A stretch of 64,000 nt of DNA from Squalus acanthias. Lineage: Eukaryota. The notes under the pieces were generated by a model. It saw nothing but the letters and a program-made list of their open reading frames with translations, made no database searches and was not told the DNA's origin. Each line of letters begins with the position of its first letter. The stretch's first letter is position 1. The DNA lies in the NCBI GenBank assembly GCA_030390025.1, contig CM059438.1, forward strand, positions 78,244,001-78,308,000, read 5' to 3'. Positions 59,430 through 64,000 of this stretch are shown in pieces. Made by a program: the position numbers and the translations under genes.

Positions 59430-61415
59430 GAACAAGCTGTAATGTTGCCAGAAAAAGTAGCAAGCCTGAGGATTGGGAGCAGTTTAGAATTCAGCAAAAA
59501 AAAACAAGAGATTGATTAAGAGGGGAAAATAGAGTATGAGAGTAAACTTGCAAGGAACATAAAAGCAGACTGTAAAAGCTTCTACAAGTATGTAAAAAGA
59601 AAAAGATTAGTGAAGACAAATGTAGGTCCCTTACAATCAGAAACGGGAGAATTTATAATGGGGAACAAGGAAATGGCAGAGCAATTAAACAAATACTTTG
59701 CTTCTGTCTTCACGGTAGAGGACACAAATAACTTCCCAGAAATGCTAAGGAACCAAGGGTCTAGTGATAAGGAGGAATTAAAGGAAATTAGTATTAGTAA
59801 AAAAATAGTGCTGGAGAAATTAATGGGATTGAAAGCCGATAAATCCCATGGGCCTGATAATTTGCATCCCAGAGTACTAAAAGAGGTAGCCATGGAAATA
59901 GTGGTTGTCATCTTCCAAAATTCTACAGATTATGGAACAGTTCCTGCAGATTGGAGGGTGGCAAATGTAACCCCACTATTTAAAAAAGGAGGAAGAGAGA
60001 AAACAGGGAACTACAGATCGGTTAGCCTAACATCAGTAGTAGGGAATATGCTAGAGTCTATTATAAAGGATGTGATAACAAGACACTTAGAAAATATCAA
60101 TGGGATTAGACAAAGTCAACATGGATTTATGAAAGGGAAATCGTGTTTGACAAACCTACTGGAGTTTTTTGAGGATGTAACTGGTAGAATAGATAAGGGA
60201 GAACCAGTGGATGTGGTGTATTTGGATTTTCAGAAGACCTTTGATAAAGTCCCACATAAGAGGTTAATGTGCAAAATTAAAGCACATGGGATTGGGGGTA
60301 ATATACTAGCATGGATTGAAAATTGGTTAACAGACAGGAAACAGAGAGTAGGAATAAATGGGTCTTTTTCGGGGTGGCAGGCGGTGACTAGTGGGGTACC
60401 GCAGGGATCAGTGCTTGGGCCCCAGCTATTCACAATATATATCAATGATTTGGATGAGGGAACCAATTGTAATATTTCCAAGTTTGCTGACGACACGAAA
60501 CTAGGTGGGATTGTGAGTTGTGAGGAGGATGCAAAGAGGCTTCAAGGCGATTTAGACAAGTTGAGTGAGTGGGCAAATACATGGCAGATGCAGTATAACG
60601 TGGATAAATGTGAAGTTATCCACTTCAGTAGGAAAAACAGAAAGGCAGAGTATTATTTAAATAGTGATAGATTGGGAAATGTTGATGTACAAAGGGACCT
60701 GGGTGTCCTTGTACACCAGTCACTGAAAGCAAACATGCAGGTGCAGCAAGCAGTTAGGAAGGCAAATGGTATATTGGCCTTCATTGCAAGAGGATTTGAG
60801 TACAGGAGCAAGGATGCCTTACTACAGTTGTACAGGGCCTTGGTGAGACCACACCTGGAGTACTGTGTGCAGTTTTGGTCTCCTTACCTAAGAAAGGATA
60901 TACTTGCCATAGAGGGAGTGCAGCGAAGGTTCACCAGACTGATTCCTGGGATGGCGGGACTGTCGTATAAGGAGAAATTGGGTCGACTAGGCCTGTATTC
61001 ACTAGAGTTTAGAAGAAGGAGAGGGGATCTCACTGAAACGTATAAAATTCTGACAGGGCTAGACAGACTGGATGCAGGGAGGATGTTTCCCCTGGCTGGG
61101 GGATCTAGAATGAGGGGTTACAGTCCCAGGATATGGGGTAGGACATTTAGGACTGAGATGAGGAGAAATTTCTTCACTCAGAGGGTGGTGAACCTGTGGA
61201 ATTCTCTACCACAGAAGGCTGTGGAGGCCAAGTCACTGAATATATTTAAGAAGGAGATAGATAGATTTCTAGACGCAAAAGGCGTCAAGGGGTATGGGGA
61301 GAGAGCAGGAATATGGTATTGAGATAGAGGATCAGCCATGATCATATTGAATGGCAGAGCAGGCTCGAAGAGCCGAATGGCCTACTCCTGCTCCTATTTT
61401 TCTATGTTTCTATGT
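59430..61415 (+). mobile_element. CR1 LINE, 5'-truncated, about 2 kb
   Basis: ORF2 RT region, 3' UTR and (tctatgtt)n tail. Confidence 0.95.
59610..61322 (+). CDS. CR1 ORF2 reverse transcriptase (570 aa open frame, no endonuclease domain)
   Basis: QHGFMKGKSCLTNL, YLDFQKTFDKVPH, GVPQGSVLGP, KFADD. Confidence 0.93.
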   Translation: MKTNVGPLQSETGEFIMGNKEMAEQLNKYFASVFTVEDTNNFPEMLRNQGSSDKEELKEISISKKIVLEKLMGLKADKSHGPDNLHPRVLKEVAMEIVVVIFQNSTDYGTVPADWRVANVTPLFKKGGREKTGNYRSVSLTSVVGNMLESIIKDVITRHLENINGIRQSQHGFMKGKSCLTNLLEFFEDVTGRIDKGEPVDVVYLDFQKTFDKVPHKRLMCKIKAHGIGGNILAWIENWLTDRKQRVGINGSFSGWQAVTSGVPQGSVLGPQLFTIYINDLDEGTNCNISKFADDTKLGGIVSCEEDAKRLQGDLDKLSEWANTWQMQYNVDKCEVIHFSRKNRKAEYYLNSDRLGNVDVQRDLGVLVHQSLKANMQVQQAVRKANGILAFIARGFEYRSKDALLQLYRALVRPHLEYCVQFWSPYLRKDILAIEGVQRRFTRLIPGMAGLSYKEKLGRLGLYSLEFRRRRGDLTETYKILTGLDRLDAGRMFPLAGGSRMRGYSPRIWGRTFRTEMRRNFFTQRVVNLWNSLPQKAVEAKSLNIFKKEIDRFLDAKGVKGYGERAGIWY

Positions 61416-61944
61416 GAGAGCTTGGCATGGCTGAGGTGCACAGGTCCAATAGGCAACACTTTGCACGAAGCAGTCCTTGGGCTGTCCACCAGATACATGG
61501 TACTGTTGGGTGCTGTTTCCTTGCTAGATACCTTTGCATGTTCTGTCTTATTCTCCATGTGTTCCAGGTCCCACAGCTAGTGTAGACAGCACTGAGCGTG
61601 CTTGCCACCTGCAGCCAAGACAGGGTTTTGCCTTCCTGTAGGGCAGACCACCCTCCCTCACTACCCACCTCATGTAACTACACGCCCACTTATCCGCCCC
61701 CTCCAGCTATTCCTTTACATGCCCACAGAATCAGTTTTGATCCTCTAGTGGGTTTTGTTTCACTTCATTTCTGTTTAACACTTCTCCATCTGGTAGCCCT
61801 CCCCCCACACCCCACCTCCACCTTGGCCAAGATTCTCAAACATCTCAAATTGATTTTGAAGCTCGAGAAAAGCTGAAATAAATATTTGTACCCATATGCA
61901 GGTACTTACCTTTAAGTGCACATATCCCTTTAATTTGGAGCTGA

Positions 61945-62293
61945 TGGCCAGAAATTGCACTTGCTCCATTGGGCATGCCCCCTGCACAAGGGTAAAGCTG
62001 CAGGATGCAGCAATGTAGAACGATTCAAATGATCTGGAGTGGAATACCTCTGGACAACCGAGGACAGTTCCACTAGTACAGTTTGCACCAACAATGAGGC
62101 ACAGGAATCTCAACTGTGCCGGGAGCAGTATTTCAAACTACTTTCTGTCGGGACTTGTGCTGCTTTTCAAGCCTCGGAGGAAAATGAAATTCAATGTTCC
62201 CGCCCCCCCCCTCCCCCCATAGATCTGGCGGCGTGTTGGGAGAAACCAGATAATCGCCTCTCCATTTGCGACTTTCAGGATCAATTTTTCCTG
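61945..62293 (+). mobile_element. Decayed MITE related to family B
   Basis: Termini ggccagaaattg ... ggatcaattttt. Confidence 0.35.
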
Positions 62294-63942
62294 TAAATCA
62301 CAGACTTACATAAATGTATCGGATGACACGGGAAACACCTGAAACATCTATAAGTGATATGAGACCGTAAAGCAAGACGACAGCAATTTTCCTTCAGAAT
62401 GACAGTAGATAATGATTCCCCCATGTCCTGTACAATAGGCGGAGGAGGCGCGTTTACCCTGAGAGGGTATTCCCACCCAGAGTTGTATTTCTGGACCAGT
62501 TAAAGGCTTGGATCTTGTACAGATATCTCTCAGCTGTGTAGTCAATGAGCTGAGAATCTAAAAAGTCCCATTACTCACAGCTTGGCACAGCCTGTACTTT
62601 GTAATAGTCAAGCTCAACTGCTGTCTTTTCTTTTTTATGCCACTTGTACCTTTTCAAATGCCAATTAGGTGACAAGTCTGGGGTGTACCTGCCAGTCAGG
62701 CAACGGATGCATTAGTCAGCCGAGTAGTTTGTGATATCAGTTTCCATTATCCAGTAACAACAAACAAAACATGAGCTTCACTGGTTTTGCCAGGGCTTGT
62801 GAGGAAGTAATAGGCCCACACATGAACACACGCACAAGGCTCTGAGCACTTCCAGAAACTGAATAACATTAGTGTGAACAGCAAAGTTTTCATTCACTGA
62901 ATGTCCAGACATTGCTGCTGGTAGGGCTGAAAGTGCTTCTGTGTCACTGGTTATTGACTGCCAATCAGTTGTACAGAATCCTTCTAGTTTGTTTCCCACA
63001 ATGTTGTATTCCTAAATCCTTAAGGAAAGTTGGAACTTCGGTGCAATACAGCAGTGGTTGTGACATTGTGCGAAAAACTGAATGTGTTGAAAGTTTATTC
63101 CGTAATTTCTTTTAAAGCTAAGTATCCATTTTGTTCAGCACATCTCACCAGTGACAAGGATAAAAACAAACAGAAAGCCTGAGAAGGTTATCTGATGATG
63201 CAGAAACATTCAGGAACAATTCCAGCATGACCTACAGCACATTACTGTGTTCAGAAGAGTAAGGGCCGTGAAGATTTTTTTTTTAAAGTCAGAAGGAAAA
63301 CCTCACTCCAATGTTTGGAAACAAGCACTGCAGTAAATTTACCATTGGATCTGTCAGCTTGTGAATGATTAATTGCTGCAATTATATTTGATTAGCTATG
63401 TTTATATTCACATCACAGCACATGATAAACAAACATAACGTAACGTTGCTGGTGTGGTTTCAAGCCCGCGATTATATCTCATATTGATTGAAGTCAGAAG
63501 GTTGCAATGACCTGCTAGGTGCTGAAGCATGCTTATTTTTTATTAAAGTTTTTTGTTAATTTTCATGAAGAATTAGTCTAAGATTAATAATACAATTCCA
63601 TTACAGAATAACCAATGTAAGATGAGAACGCATTCTTCATAGAAAGATCAAACTAGAGCCCAAACATGCCCACCCCTCAGGACAACAAAATTGACGACAT
63701 TCTTCAGATGCCTCCTCCACAACAGATGGGGCTGGGATTCTTCATTATCAGCTTGGCCTTCTCACCACTATCATCAAGATGAAATGACATTCATACCTCA
63801 GGAACTGTGATGTCAAAGCCAGTAATACAAGTAAAGCGTTGTATCCTCTCTGACCTTTATTGTTAGGTAAGTTTTGGATTTCTTAGACAACAGAGAATCT
63901 TGCCTTTTCACAACATACGTGAATCCAGCTTTAACATAGGGG

Positions 63943-64000
63943 ATAAAAAGAGAAAATGCTGGAAATACTCAGCAGGTCAGGCAGCATCTGTGGGGAGAGA
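63943..64000 (-). mobile_element. PLE family 1 tail running off the window
   Basis: agaaaatgctggaaatactcagcaggtcaggcagcatctgtgg, as at 24151-24193. Confidence 0.75.

Noticed and set aside
1-64000. CRISPR array, prokaryotic operon or host protein-coding gene
   Set aside because: No repeat-spacer pattern; the repeat content is vertebrate; no ORF resembles a cellular protein I recognise.

Overview
Vertebrate, repeat-rich non-coding DNA, most likely from a cartilaginous fish (it carries HE1/V-SINE-like and SacSINE1/DeuSINE-like SINEs, and CR1, L2 and RTE LINEs). I recognised no host protein-coding exon, so this is probably an intron or gene desert. The standout feature is a 3,755-bp palindrome (34676-38430, 1-nt spacer at 36553). 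It is made of two head-to-head copies of a young, 5'-truncated Neptune-type Penelope-like retroelement (PLE; RT plus GIY-YIG). The insertion has a 15-bp target-site duplication (TSD), a 39-nt unpaired 3' tail and a minimal hammerhead ribozyme in each arm, and it sits in the central hairpin of a Harbinger-like MITE. Three smaller PLE insertions from two families show the same layout of inverted arm, 33-39 nt tail and TSD. The window also holds multi-hairpin MITEs whose stems covary between copies, nested Harbinger-like elements with a Myb/SANT remnant, a pogo/Tigger fossil, hAT MITEs, candidate CTCF sites and candidate conserved non-coding elements. Family names come from motif recall, not database searches, and boundaries of old repeats are approximate.
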